Source: Candidatus Micrarchaeia archaeon (GTDB taxonomy: Archaea > Micrarchaeota > Micrarchaeia > Burarchaeales > JACRGF01). From it: DNA of 14,191 bases. The position numbers were made by a program, and so were the translations under genes. This document shows, in pieces, positions 1 to 7,727 of this stretch. The notes beneath the pieces are model-generated. The model did not search any database. It was not told the origin of the DNA and saw only the letters and a program-made list of their open reading frames with translations. The first letter of the stretch is position 1; every line of letters begins with the position of its first letter. The stretch is taken from contig JAWCPB010000028.1 of NCBI GenBank assembly GCA_038870455.1, forward strand, positions 1 to 14,191, read 5' to 3'.

Positions 1-798
1 TTTTTCCCCAGCAACCTCCTTCTTGCCACTCGGCGTAGTCCCTTTCCCTTGTTCCGTCGGCTTTCCTTTCTCTTTCTCTACCTCCTTCTTGCCACTCGGC
101 GTAGTCCCTTTCCCTTGTTCCGTCGGCTTTCCCTTCTCTTTCCCTGCTTCTTTTCCAGTAATCTTCTTTTGTGTTTCAGGAGGTTTGGATTCCTTGGCTG
201 GCTCTTTGCCAAAAATTTTTTCATATACCTTTTTGTACCAGGGCTTGTTCGCCTCTTCAATCTCGCTTCTTAATTTCTCGATCTCTTTGCGAATTTTTTC
301 TTGTTCTTTAGCGCTCGCAGTTTTTTTTAGCAGTGCTTCAAGCTCGGCCACTCTATTCTCAAGCTTTGTTACTCTTTCATCAAGAGTTTCAACACTCTGC
401 TCGAGCTTGGACTTAGCGTACACGGATGAAGCTCCTATTGTTGTCAAGCCAAGAATTCCGGCAAACGCATATGGGAGCACTCCACGCCCGAGCGTTGCGC
501 CGAGTGTTGCGAGGATGCCAGGTTTGCCCTCCACAGGGCGCTCACTATTCACAACGCGCTCATTGGATACCTGCTCATAAACAGGTATTATTTCAAAGTG
601 CTTGAGCAGCTTCTTCGAAATGTAGACATCCCCATTTACGATGGCGATCATGCCTAGCTGCTTCCAGCGCTCAATCAGGTCATGAAATGGTGTTTGTTTT
701 TGAAATGTTTGTGTTTGTCTGAGTAGCGAGTTCTGATGGGGCGGAAATTGCTGGGGGCCTCTGAGGTGCGGTGGCACATTCACATATCCGCTTCTCAC
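1..798 (-). CDS. Hypothetical membrane-anchored protein with coiled coil and Lys/Glu/Gly/Pro-rich repeats (3' end runs off the window)
   Basis: Hand-translated stop-free frame from GTG 798 (in-frame TAG at 816-814 upstream, GGAGG SD ~9 nt before) to base 1, at least 266 aa. Hydrophobic stretch GILATLGATLGRGVLPYAFAGILGLTTIGASSVYA, then heptad-like LEQSVETLDERVTKLENRVAELEALLKK...IRKEIEKLRSEIEE, then repeats. Absent from the ORF track because it has no stop in the window. Confidence 0.85.
   Translation of the reverse strand, partial: MRSGYVNVPPHLRGPQQFPPHQNSLLRQTQTFQKQTPFHDLIERWKQLGMIAIVNGDVYISKKLLKHFEIIPVYEQVSNERVVNSERPVEGKPGILATLGATLGRGVLPYAFAGILGLTTIGASSVYAKSKLEQSVETLDERVTKLENRVAELEALLKKTASAKEQEKIRKEIEKLRSEIEEANKPWYKKVYEKIFGKEPAKESKPPETQKKITGKEAGKEKGKPTEQGKGTTPSGKKEVEKEKGKPTEQGKGTTPSGKKEVAGEK
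14..142. repeat. In-frame tandem repeat, 66-bp period (22 aa, KEKGKPTEQGKGTTPSGKKEV-)
   Basis: 14-76 and 80-142 match at 62 of 63 bases; the period is a multiple of 3 inside the minus-strand ORF. Confidence 0.95.
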
Positions 799-845
799 AA
801 CACCATCCTCCCACTAGAACAAGGGGTTTATTACGCAGTTTCTAG

Positions 846-853
846 TATTTAAA
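846..853 (-). promoter_or_regulatory. Archaeal TATA box for the 798..1 ORF
   Basis: TTTAAATA on the minus strand, ~48 nt upstream of GTG 798, leaving room for a short leader with the SD. Confidence 0.55.
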
Positions 854-961
854 GATATCTCCGCTCGCGGCAAAGCCATTTTCGCTTGCCGCTAAATATT
901 TTGCGAAAAAATACATTCCGTTGGAAAAAATGCTTTCCATTCGAAAATGCCTGCGGTATAA

Positions 962-969
962 TTTAAATA
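962..969 (+). promoter_or_regulatory. TATA box for the PadR gene (probably leaderless)
   Basis: TTTAAATA ending 23 nt before ATG 993; no SD. Confidence 0.6.
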
Positions 970-992
970 TCTTATGGCAATAAAATATCTTC

Positions 993-1301
993 ATGGCCGA
1001 GTTTTCTCCTTTGAAGCGCCTCGCGCGCTCGCTGACAACTGAGAACCAGTGGCTTTATGTGCTTTCGCTATTAAACCACTCAAACATCTATGCCTATGCC
1101 ATGCGAGGGGAGATTGAAAAAGAGTTCGGCTGGAAGCCAAGTCTGATAACCTGCTACCTTATCCTGTACAAGCTTGAGAAAGAGGGCTTTATCACTGGAA
1201 AGTATGAAGGGAGGCGCAAGTACTACTCAATCACCGATAAAGGAAAGAAAGCGCTTGCGAGCGCAAAGCGCTATCTTCAGGCTCTTGCGGAGAACCTGTA
1301 G
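993..1301 (+). CDS. PadR-family winged-helix transcriptional regulator
   Basis: LYVLSLL...YAYAMRGEI...Y.ILYKLEKEGFI...RRKYYSITDKGKKAL matches the PadR pattern (RKYY.IT..G). Confidence 0.88.
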   Translation: MAEFSPLKRLARSLTTENQWLYVLSLLNHSNIYAYAMRGEIEKEFGWKPSLITCYLILYKLEKEGFITGKYEGRRKYYSITDKGKKALASAKRYLQALAENL

Positions 1302-1582
1302 CCTTCCCGCTCCAACAACTTTTTCTTCTTGGCACTTCCGCCCTTTCTACTATATCCTCCCGCGCTTCCATCACTCCTGATAACTCTGTGGCATGGGATG
1401 AGCAATGGGAACGGGTTCTTAGCGAGCGCATTCCCCACCGCCCTTGCTGCTTTTGGCCTTCCAACCCTTTTTGCGATCTCCGCGTAGCTTGCAGTTTTTC
1501 CTTTCGGGATTTTCGCCGTTTCGAGCAGCACGCGCGTCTCAAATGCTGTGAGTCCGCACCCCGCCAATTTTTTTCTTAACAA
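1277..1582 (-). CDS. ogt: Methylated-DNA--protein-cysteine methyltransferase (MGMT), C-terminal domain only
   Basis: IPKGKTASYAEIA..VGRPKAARAVGNALAKNP..LLIPCHRVI with intact PCHR active site. Start uncertain (TTG at 1588, 1582 or 1567); the track's extension to 1963 lies inside the DHH gene. Confidence 0.88.
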   Translation of the reverse strand: MLRKKLAGCGLTAFETRVLLETAKIPKGKTASYAEIAKRVGRPKAARAVGNALAKNPFPLLIPCHRVIRSDGSAGGYSRKGGSAKKKKLLEREGYRFSARA

Positions 1583-2504
1583 TCTCAACGCACCGCGCGA
1601 GCGCTGCCTCGAGCTTCCCTTTCTCAATGCCATTCGCCCCCGCGGCGTTCGCGTGTCCGCCGCCGCTCCCACCGAATTCTCTGCCCACCTCAGCCATAAC
1701 CTCTGCCAGATTAACCTCGGCCTCGTGCGCGCTTTTCTGCCTCGCCGAAATTCGGCCGCCTCCCTCGGCCTCGCACCCCACAAAGGCAAAATCGGCCCCG
1801 AGTTCCACGAGCGCGGTGGCAGCGCCGGCCTCAAAGGAGCCCACGGTGGAGATTGCAACCAGCGCGTCGCCCTTTTCGCCCAATCTCTCCATCTTCGCCC
1901 TCTGTGCTGCTTTGAGCAGCGCGAGCCTCTGCGACAGGTCGGCCGGCACGTCGACCAAAGCAAGCGCCTGCGAATACGTCAGGCCGCTTCTCTCGAGCAG
2001 CTCTCCCGCGTATCTCAGCGTGCGCGCGCTCGCGCTTTTGAAGCCCGCCGAATCCGCCAGAATGCCGGCGAGAAGCAGCCTGCAGGTTTGTCTGTCAAGC
2101 CTTTCCTTTCCAAGCGCCTCGTACAGCAGCTCGCAAGTCGCGTTGTAAGCATTGTCGCAGAACCACCGTCTCGCGCGCACCGAGTTCCTGTGCCTCGAGT
2201 GGTGGTCGATGACTGCGGTGAAAACCGCCGAGCGAGCGCTTTCGGCGAGCATGCCCTTCGCGTTTGCATCAACCGCGATGAGCGCGTCATAATCGGCGGG
2301 CATCTCATCCACGGCCAGCCCGAGGCTCGCAAGAAGGTGCCTTGCCGGCGAGGTCAGCGTGTCGGACGGCACCGCAAACGCTCGCTTGCCCAGAAATCTC
2401 TTGAGCGCGAGCGCCGCTGCCACACAGTCGATGTCGGCCAGCGAGTGAAGCAACAACACCGTCCGCTTTTTCCGCAGAGCCTTCAAGAAGTCAAGCAGCT
2501 TCAA
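1539..2504 (-). CDS. DHH/DHHA1-family phosphoesterase (exosome-superoperon associated)
   Basis: H..ADID, AVD, IDHH, GILADS and GGSGGGHANAAG motifs; TTG start overlaps the pfdB stop (TTGA). Confidence 0.92.
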   Translation of the reverse strand: MKLLDFLKALRKKRTVLLLHSLADIDCVAAALALKRFLGKRAFAVPSDTLTSPARHLLASLGLAVDEMPADYDALIAVDANAKGMLAESARSAVFTAVIDHHSRHRNSVRARRWFCDNAYNATCELLYEALGKERLDRQTCRLLLAGILADSAGFKSASARTLRYAGELLERSGLTYSQALALVDVPADLSQRLALLKAAQRAKMERLGEKGDALVAISTVGSFEAGAATALVELGADFAFVGCEAEGGGRISARQKSAHEAEVNLAEVMAEVGREFGGSGGGHANAAGANGIEKGKLEAALARCVEIVKKKIGGVRTHSI

Positions 2505-2848
2505 CCCGCAGCACCGCCGCCCAGCGCCTGCTCTATCTTTGCCTTGAGCTCGTTGAGACGTTCTCTCAGCTTTTCCTCCTGCCTTGTGAGCACGTTCAGG
2601 CGCACTCCCAGAAGCTCTTTTTTCTCTGCGAGGTCCTTCTCCGCTTCTTCTCTCGTCGAGGCGATCAGCAGCGTTCCGACCGAGCGATAGACTGCGCCCT
2701 TGCTTTTCTTGAGTTCCTCGCTGGCCTCACCTATCTCATCGAGCTGTGCCTGTACGCTCTGCTTCTGCAACAGTGTCATCTGAAGCTGATTCTGCAGATT
2801 CCGGAATTCCCCAATCCGCTGTTCCGTCTCTTTTGAAACTTGCGTCAA
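2501..2848 (-). CDS. pfdB: Prefoldin beta subunit
   Basis: Coiled coil-VYRSVGTLLI hairpin-coiled coil; TTG 2848 preceded by GAGGTGAT SD, giving 115 aa. Confidence 0.93.
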   Translation of the reverse strand: MTQVSKETEQRIGEFRNLQNQLQMTLLQKQSVQAQLDEIGEASEELKKSKGAVYRSVGTLLIASTREEAEKDLAEKKELLGVRLNVLTRQEEKLRERLNELKAKIEQALGGGAAG

Positions 2849-2852
2849 ACAA

Positions 2853-3095
2853 TCACCTCTTGGCAACCTCAATGGCCGCGCGCGCAACCTGCAAAAGCCT
2901 GAGGGCAGAGTTCGTGCTTGCCCGCAACGAAGGCAGGTCGCTCGCGCTCAACTTCACGATGAGCGTGCGCCCTTTTGTCTCAGCGCTCCCCTCGCTTTTG
3001 GCGCGAAAGCCAAGCTCTCCTCTCAGCGATTTCGCGGCGATTTCGGCCTCCCGCTCGCTCGCGAAGGCCGCACGCAGCTCGGTCTCAAACTTCAT
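2853..3095 (-). CDS. pcc1: KEOPS complex subunit Pcc1
   Basis: 80 aa with L.V...A.DL.SLRAS.NS.LRLL signature; expected position between Brix and pfdB. Confidence 0.88.
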   Translation of the reverse strand: MKFETELRAAFASEREAEIAAKSLRGELGFRAKSEGSAETKGRTLIVKLSASDLPSLRASTNSALRLLQVARAAIEVAKR

Positions 3096-3552
3096 GTGCT
3101 TTTCTATAAACGACTTTCATTAAAAGGATTTGTTTTCCCTTCCAGTCGAATGAAATCGTTTCCTTGTCTGCGGTCACGGTGACCGCATCCTCCTCGCACT
3201 CCACGGGTTCAAAATCAAACAGCTCAGCGAGCTCGCCCGCCATGTCGCCCGCAAGGACCACGCCCTCCGCGCCGCCACTTTTTCCTTTTCTGCTCACTTC
3301 GACAATCTCTATCTCGGGATAAAGCCACCTCCAAGCGCGCTCGGTGCTCATGAAGACGAGCCTGCGAGGTTTTCCCCTCTCTTCATACACCAACAGCACG
3401 CGCGTTTTTCCCAGCATCCAGGCCCTTTTTGCAACCTCCTCTATCTCCTTTCGCCCTCTGTTCTCAAGAATGGAGTTTGGCAGAACGCTCGCAAGCAGCC
3501 TGCAGAAACGCCTTGTTTCAAGAGAGGGGTTTCGGCTTGTGGTGATGTACAT
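3085..3552 (-). CDS. Brix/Imp4-domain rRNA maturation protein
   Basis: N-terminal ITTSRNPS.ETRRFCR.L, NRG.K and V.E..G.P motifs; conserved position after rpoP. Confidence 0.88.
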   Translation of the reverse strand: MYITTSRNPSLETRRFCRLLASVLPNSILENRGRKEIEEVAKRAWMLGKTRVLLVYEERGKPRRLVFMSTERAWRWLYPEIEIVEVSRKGKSGGAEGVVLAGDMAGELAELFDFEPVECEEDAVTVTADKETISFDWKGKQILLMKVVYRKAHEV

Positions 3553-3589
3553 GGAGAGTGAACTTCAGGCTTTAACTCTTTCACCCAGA

Positions 3590-3721
3590 CTAGTCAGTCT
3601 TGACTTCCTTCGCGATCGGTGGGCGGGTTTTGAACAGCACGCGGCATGCGCAGTAGGGGCAGCGCACGAAGTTCGGGTCGAGCTCCTTGACTTCCTTCTT
3701 GCATTTCCAGCAGCGGTACAT
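3590..3721 (-). CDS. rpoP: DNA-directed RNA polymerase subunit P (Rpo12)
   Basis: MYRCWKC...VRCPYCACRVLFK.RP zinc ribbon, 43 aa; ATG 3721 after GGTGG. Confidence 0.95.
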   Translation of the reverse strand: MYRCWKCKKEVKELDPNFVRCPYCACRVLFKTRPPIAKEVKTD

Positions 3722-3729
3722 CCAACCAC

Positions 3730-3972
3730 CTACTTCTCGGGCGCCTGCTCTTCGATTAGGCGCCGCGCGGCCTCGCCGACGGGCGTGCTCGCGGCGTACG
3801 CTCCGCCCGCGAACCTCGCACCGCACGCCCTGCACTCCCACACAGAGTAGCCTTGCCTGCGGACCTTCTTTTTCCCGCAGGCCGGACAGGCGTAGCGCGC
3901 CCGCTTTGCGGCGCTCACCGCGCCCGCGAGCTTTCTTATCTCAGCGCCGAAACGCACGCCCGGTTTGGCCAT
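3730..3972 (-). CDS. rpl37ae: 50S ribosomal protein L37ae (eL43)
   Basis: RFGA.IRK...Y.CPACGK..V.R....VWEC..CG..FAGGAY. Confidence 0.95.
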   Translation of the reverse strand: MAKPGVRFGAEIRKLAGAVSAAKRARYACPACGKKKVRRQGYSVWECRACGARFAGGAYAASTPVGEAARRLIEEQAPEK

Positions 3973-4005
3973 GTCATCATCTTTCGCAGACTACTATTTT
4001 ATTAC

Positions 4006-4776
4006 TTACACCAGCGCACGGAGCTCGTGGCCCTTGGCAAGCGCCAGGTCGAACAAGCGGTCGAGCTCGGGGCGCGTGAAACCGCCCATGCCGCCCTTTT
4101 GTATGGCGCACACGCTCTTTTCCGTGGTCGCGATGGTTATGCGGCCGTCCATGGCCGTTTCCTCGTCGAGGCTCGGGTCGAGCAGCAGGGCGTTGCCGAT
4201 TTTCGCGAAGGTCGTGGCGACGACCTTGTTGCCCAGCTTGAGTTCTCCTGCGTACTCGCCTCGGATTATTTCCCCGGCCTCCACTTTCGGGAACTTCGTG
4301 TTGGCCAGCGCGGCCATGGCTGCGAGCGCGCTCGCGTCGATGAAGTTCCCATCGTGGTCGAGCACGTAGAGGTCTATGTAAAGCGCGAGCACCTTCCCCT
4401 CATCCAGGTAGAATGACTTGAGGTCGACCACGTTCGCGCTGCGGATTCCCCTGTCCACCACGCGCGCGAGCTCGATGCTCCTCTCGTCAGGGGGACCAGG
4501 CTCGAAAGTCGGCGAGGCGAGGGGAAGCAGCTCGCTGTTCGTCGACAGCACGCCCTCGTCGGGCCTGTCCTTGAAAGGCGTTGCCACGTCGAACTTTATC
4601 CCCGCGAGCACCTGCGTTTTCCCCCACTTAACTCTTGCGGAGCCTTCGGTGGAAGTCAGCACGCCCTTTTCCACTGTGATCTGCCTGAAGGCGTCGAACG
4701 CTCTGTCGTCCGCGCGCTTTCCGGCCTTCGCCAGGTCACGCATGTAATCCTTCTTCAACTCATCCAGTATCTCCAT
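4006..4776 (-). CDS. rrp42: Exosome complex component Rrp42
   Basis: RNase PH fold: EGSARVKWG.TQVLAGIK, PF.DRPDEG, FEPGPPDE.SIELARVVDRGIR, LDHDGN.IDA. Confidence 0.96.
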   Translation of the reverse strand: MEILDELKKDYMRDLAKAGKRADDRAFDAFRQITVEKGVLTSTEGSARVKWGKTQVLAGIKFDVATPFKDRPDEGVLSTNSELLPLASPTFEPGPPDERSIELARVVDRGIRSANVVDLKSFYLDEGKVLALYIDLYVLDHDGNFIDASALAAMAALANTKFPKVEAGEIIRGEYAGELKLGNKVVATTFAKIGNALLLDPSLDEETAMDGRITIATTEKSVCAIQKGGMGGFTRPELDRLFDLALAKGHELRALV

Positions 4777-4781
4777 TCAAA

Positions 4782-5504
4782 TCACTCTCTTGTATAAACG
4801 CGCTTGAGCGCGGCGACCTGCAGGCTGTTGATGTGCTTGGCTGCCGCCATTCCTATGTCTATGGCCGCCTTGAGTTCCTCCTTAGTCAGCTCGCCGTCCA
4901 TCTGCAGCAGCAGCACCTCGTTGTTGCGCGCCGCGATCGCCATGGGAACGTCGGCCTCGCCGTAGTTGTCCTCCATCTTGTCGCAGTCAACGACGATCTG
5001 CCCGTCTATCTTTCCGGCGGCTACCGCCGCCACCATGTCCTTCATCGGAATGCCCGCGTTGGCAAGCGCCACGCTCGCCGCGGTTATGCCCGCGCACCGC
5101 GTTCCCCCGTCCGCCTGCAGCACTTCAATGAATATGTTTATCTCGGTTTTCGGAAACTGTTCCGTGAGGATGACGTTCTCGAACACCTCGCGGATGACTT
5201 TCGACAGCTCGGTGCTGCGCCTGTTGGGTCCTGACCTGCCGTGTTCTTCGAGCGAGGCGAACGGGCTCATCATGTACCTGCATCTGACCACAGCCCTGTA
5301 GGGGTTCATCTCGTGCCTGGGCACGCACTCCTTGGGTCCGTACACGGCCGCCAGAACCTTGTTGGTTCCCCACTCAATGTAGCACGAGCCTTCAGCTTTG
5401 TTCAGCACGCCCGCCTCTATCCTCAGGGGCCTGAGCTCGTCAGGCGCCCGTCCGTCGAGTCGCTTTCCGTCAACGATGAGCTTCGGCTTTTCCATGCGCT
5501 TCAC
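4782..5504 (-). CDS. rrp41: Exosome complex exonuclease Rrp41
   Basis: GKRLDGR.PDELRP, GP.RRS.ELSKVI, LQADGGTR phosphate loop, ED.YGEAD catalytic Asp. Start is GTG 5504 or ATG 5495. Confidence 0.96.
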   Translation of the reverse strand: MKRMEKPKLIVDGKRLDGRAPDELRPLRIEAGVLNKAEGSCYIEWGTNKVLAAVYGPKECVPRHEMNPYRAVVRCRYMMSPFASLEEHGRSGPNRRSTELSKVIREVFENVILTEQFPKTEINIFIEVLQADGGTRCAGITAASVALANAGIPMKDMVAAVAAGKIDGQIVVDCDKMEDNYGEADVPMAIAARNNEVLLLQMDGELTKEELKAAIDIGMAAAKHINSLQVAALKRVYTRE

Positions 5505-6127
5505 CCTCTTGCCTCTTTTTTCAGGAACTCAGCCATTCTGTCGGTGAGCCCTCTTGTGTGCGCTTCCTTCACTACTTTGAGGAGCGCGCGAGTGGCAAGC
5601 GACGTGTTGCCTCCCTTTATCCACACGCGCCCGTTTTTTCCTACGATGATATCGCTTTTCGTAGCGTCGCGGATGAGATTGAGCATCGAGCTTTTTTTCC
5701 CGATGACCCTCGGCACCTTGGCCGCGGTGATCTCAACTATTTCCCCTCCGGCGAGCTTCCTCGCCTCGGTCAGCTGCACGTTATTGACTTCATCCACGCC
5801 CTTCACCCGCGCGAGTATGACGTCGCCGAGGCGGAACTCGTCCCGCGTCTCCTTCGTCGAGAGGAAGCCCTGGTAGGCGCTTTTGATCTCCACAGTGTAG
5901 CCCGCGAACTTCACCTCCTCCACGACGCCTACCACGACATCGTCTATGCTCGGGATGTAGGGCCCGCACAGGGGCACGAGCCGCAGTTCCTCCTCGTTGA
6001 ACAGCGCGAGCATGCTCGAGTAAGTCTTTCCTCCCTCGACATACGCGCCCGGGATGTACTTCGGCGCGTCAAACAGCATTTCCCCCGGCACGACTATTCT
6101 CGCAACCAGTTCAGCCAAACCAATCAA
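5501..6127 (-). CDS. rrp4: Exosome complex RNA-binding protein Rrp4
   Basis: IVVPGE, PL.G.YIP...D.VVG (S1 domain), KVPRVIGK..SM and IIVGKNGRVW (KH domain), EAHT.GLTDR. Start TTG 6127 or 6118. Confidence 0.95.
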   Translation of the reverse strand: MIGLAELVARIVVPGEMLFDAPKYIPGAYVEGGKTYSSMLALFNEEELRLVPLCGPYIPSIDDVVVGVVEEVKFAGYTVEIKSAYQGFLSTKETRDEFRLGDVILARVKGVDEVNNVQLTEARKLAGGEIVEITAAKVPRVIGKKSSMLNLIRDATKSDIIVGKNGRVWIKGGNTSLATRALLKVVKEAHTRGLTDRMAEFLKKEARG

Positions 6128-6137
6128 CTCCTTTTTC

Positions 6138-6830
6138 TCACTTCAGTATCTTCGTTTCCACCCGCCCGCCCGTCAGCTTGTTTATCCTGTCGTAGAATTC
6201 TCCCTGCATGCCCGCGGGCATTTCGAGCACGGCGATGAGGTCGCCGCTCGGCTGCCACTCCTCCTTCTGCAGGCCGTGCGACTTGAGCGTGCCATAGGCC
6301 TTCTGCGCGAACTCGGCGGGCACCTTCACCGCGATGCGGATTTTCTCGAACCGCAGGGGCAGGATGAGGCGCAGCGCCTTCAGCACTTCCTCGACCTGCG
6401 CCTCCGCGTCCTTGAACGGGTCGATGCGCACGCGCGCCTCCTCCATCGCCTTCTCTATCCTCTGGGGAGGGTGGGGCGCGCCCGTCCGCGGGTCGATGCA
6501 TTCCCTCGCGAGCATCGCGATGATTTTCCTCCTCTTCTCCTCCAGCATTTCCTTCCTCTGTTCGGTGGTCAGCTGGAGTTCGCCTTTCCTGAGGATCACC
6601 TCTGCAATCTTGTAGATGTCGTTCGTCCCGAACGCCTTCTTCACTTCCTCGGCCTTGTGCCTCTCCCCTTTCCTCGCGTTCTCGAACACCTCCTCGGCAA
6701 CGAGCACGTTAGCCAAGTCGGGCTTCCTCCCCGTCCTGTAGAGGAAGGCGAGGTTCGGGTCCACGAGGAGCTCAAACCTCTTTCCATGGTGCTCGATGTG
6801 GGCCACAACGGCCCCCTCGAGGGTTACCAT
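6138..6830 (-). CDS. Ribosome assembly factor SBDS/Sdo1
   Basis: [13 protein letters not shown]...IA..IL.KGELQLT.EQR, IDPRT..PHPP.RIE.AM, IDPFK.AE.Q motifs. Confidence 0.96.
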   Translation of the reverse strand: MVTLEGAVVAHIEHHGKRFELLVDPNLAFLYRTGRKPDLANVLVAEEVFENARKGERHKAEEVKKAFGTNDIYKIAEVILRKGELQLTTEQRKEMLEEKRRKIIAMLARECIDPRTGAPHPPQRIEKAMEEARVRIDPFKDAEAQVEEVLKALRLILPLRFEKIRIAVKVPAEFAQKAYGTLKSHGLQKEEWQPSGDLIAVLEMPAGMQGEFYDRINKLTGGRVETKILK

Positions 6831-6873
6831 ACATTCACTTCAAGGCAAAAACGCGCGAGTGTGAACCAATCAT

Positions 6874-7587
6874 TCAGACTTTTGCGATGTACTTCGCAAT
6901 TTCCTCAAGCGGCAGCGCCGCGAAGGCCCTTGTCTCCATGGTCACGACCGAGACATCGACCGCCTCGGGCTTGAGCTTGACGTCGCCGCTTTTCTTGAGG
7001 GCCTTGAGCGCAAGGATTATCCCCTCGTCGATGCCCAGCCCCTCCTTGTACTCTTTCTCGAAATATTCGTCAACTTCCTTTTTTCCCGAGCCTATGCTGT
7101 CCGCCTTGTAGCCTGTAAGCGCGCCGCTGGGCTCGGCTTCGAACAGGCGGGGCGCGTCGTCCACGCCCGCAATCAGCAGCGACACGCCGAACGGCCTTGT
7201 TCCCCCGTACTGCGTGTAAATCTGCATGAGGTCTGAGAGGTTTTTTCCGATGTGCTCGACCGTCACGGGCTCGTTGTAGGCCAGGCGGTGCCTCTGGGCC
7301 TCGAGCCTCGCGGTATCCACGAGCCTCCGCGCGTCCGCCACGAGGCCGCTTGCGGTCGCGGCGATGTGCTTGTCTATGATAAAGATTTTTTTCATGCTCT
7401 CTGGCACGAGCAGGTGCGACATCATGCTCTTGTACGCGACGAGGATGACGCCGTTCCTGCACACCAGGCCGATGGCCGTGGCTCCCCTCCTGACCGCTTC
7501 CTTGGCGTACTCAACTTGGAACAGCCTGCCATCTGGTGAGAAGACCGTTATGGCTCGGTCGTACGCTTGAGGAGAAACAGGGTACAA
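6874..7587 (-). CDS. psmA: Proteasome subunit alpha
   Basis: YDRAITVFSPDGRLFQVEYA.EAV.RG signature; YTQYGG.RPFGVSLL; TTG start after GAGGGGG. Confidence 0.97.
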   Translation of the reverse strand: MYPVSPQAYDRAITVFSPDGRLFQVEYAKEAVRRGATAIGLVCRNGVILVAYKSMMSHLLVPESMKKIFIIDKHIAATASGLVADARRLVDTARLEAQRHRLAYNEPVTVEHIGKNLSDLMQIYTQYGGTRPFGVSLLIAGVDDAPRLFEAEPSGALTGYKADSIGSGKKEVDEYFEKEYKEGLGIDEGIILALKALKKSGDVKLKPEAVDVSVVTMETRAFAALPLEEIAKYIAKV

Positions 7588-7646
7588 GCAAAAACCCCTC
7601 TCTATTTTTCGTCTCTCTCTGCTACGGAGTTGTTTTCGACATTTAG

Positions 7647-7702
7647 TTTTAAATAGCTTGCCTTGGCCCGGCCTGTTCGGCCGCGCCGCAAATTATTTTA
7701 TA
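7647..7702. promoter_or_regulatory. Divergent TATA boxes: minus strand for the psmA operon (7653-7647), plus strand for the 7728 gene (7696-7702)
   Basis: TTTAAAA on the minus strand ~60 nt before the psmA start; TTTTATA on the plus strand 25 nt before ATG 7728. Confidence 0.55.
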
Positions 7703-7727
7703 CTGCCTTGTCAATAAACTCTTGCAT

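Noticed and set aside
14-142. 66-bp repeat as a CRISPR array
   Set aside because: Two abutting in-frame units, no unique spacers and no cas genes.
23-580. Plus-strand 185-aa ORF and other short ORFs at the left end
   Set aside because: Antisense shadow (Phe/Ser-rich mirror of Lys/Glu codons) of the longer minus-strand gene, which has an SD and a TATA box.
1589-1963. N-terminal extension of MGMT in the ORF track
   Set aside because: Lies in an alternative frame of the DHH gene and reads as non-protein-like Arg-rich sequence.
1548-7570. Long plus-strand ORFs (1548-2690, 5558-6238, 6054-6974 and others)
   Set aside because: Antisense to clearly recognisable conserved genes; expected from high GC at third codon positions.
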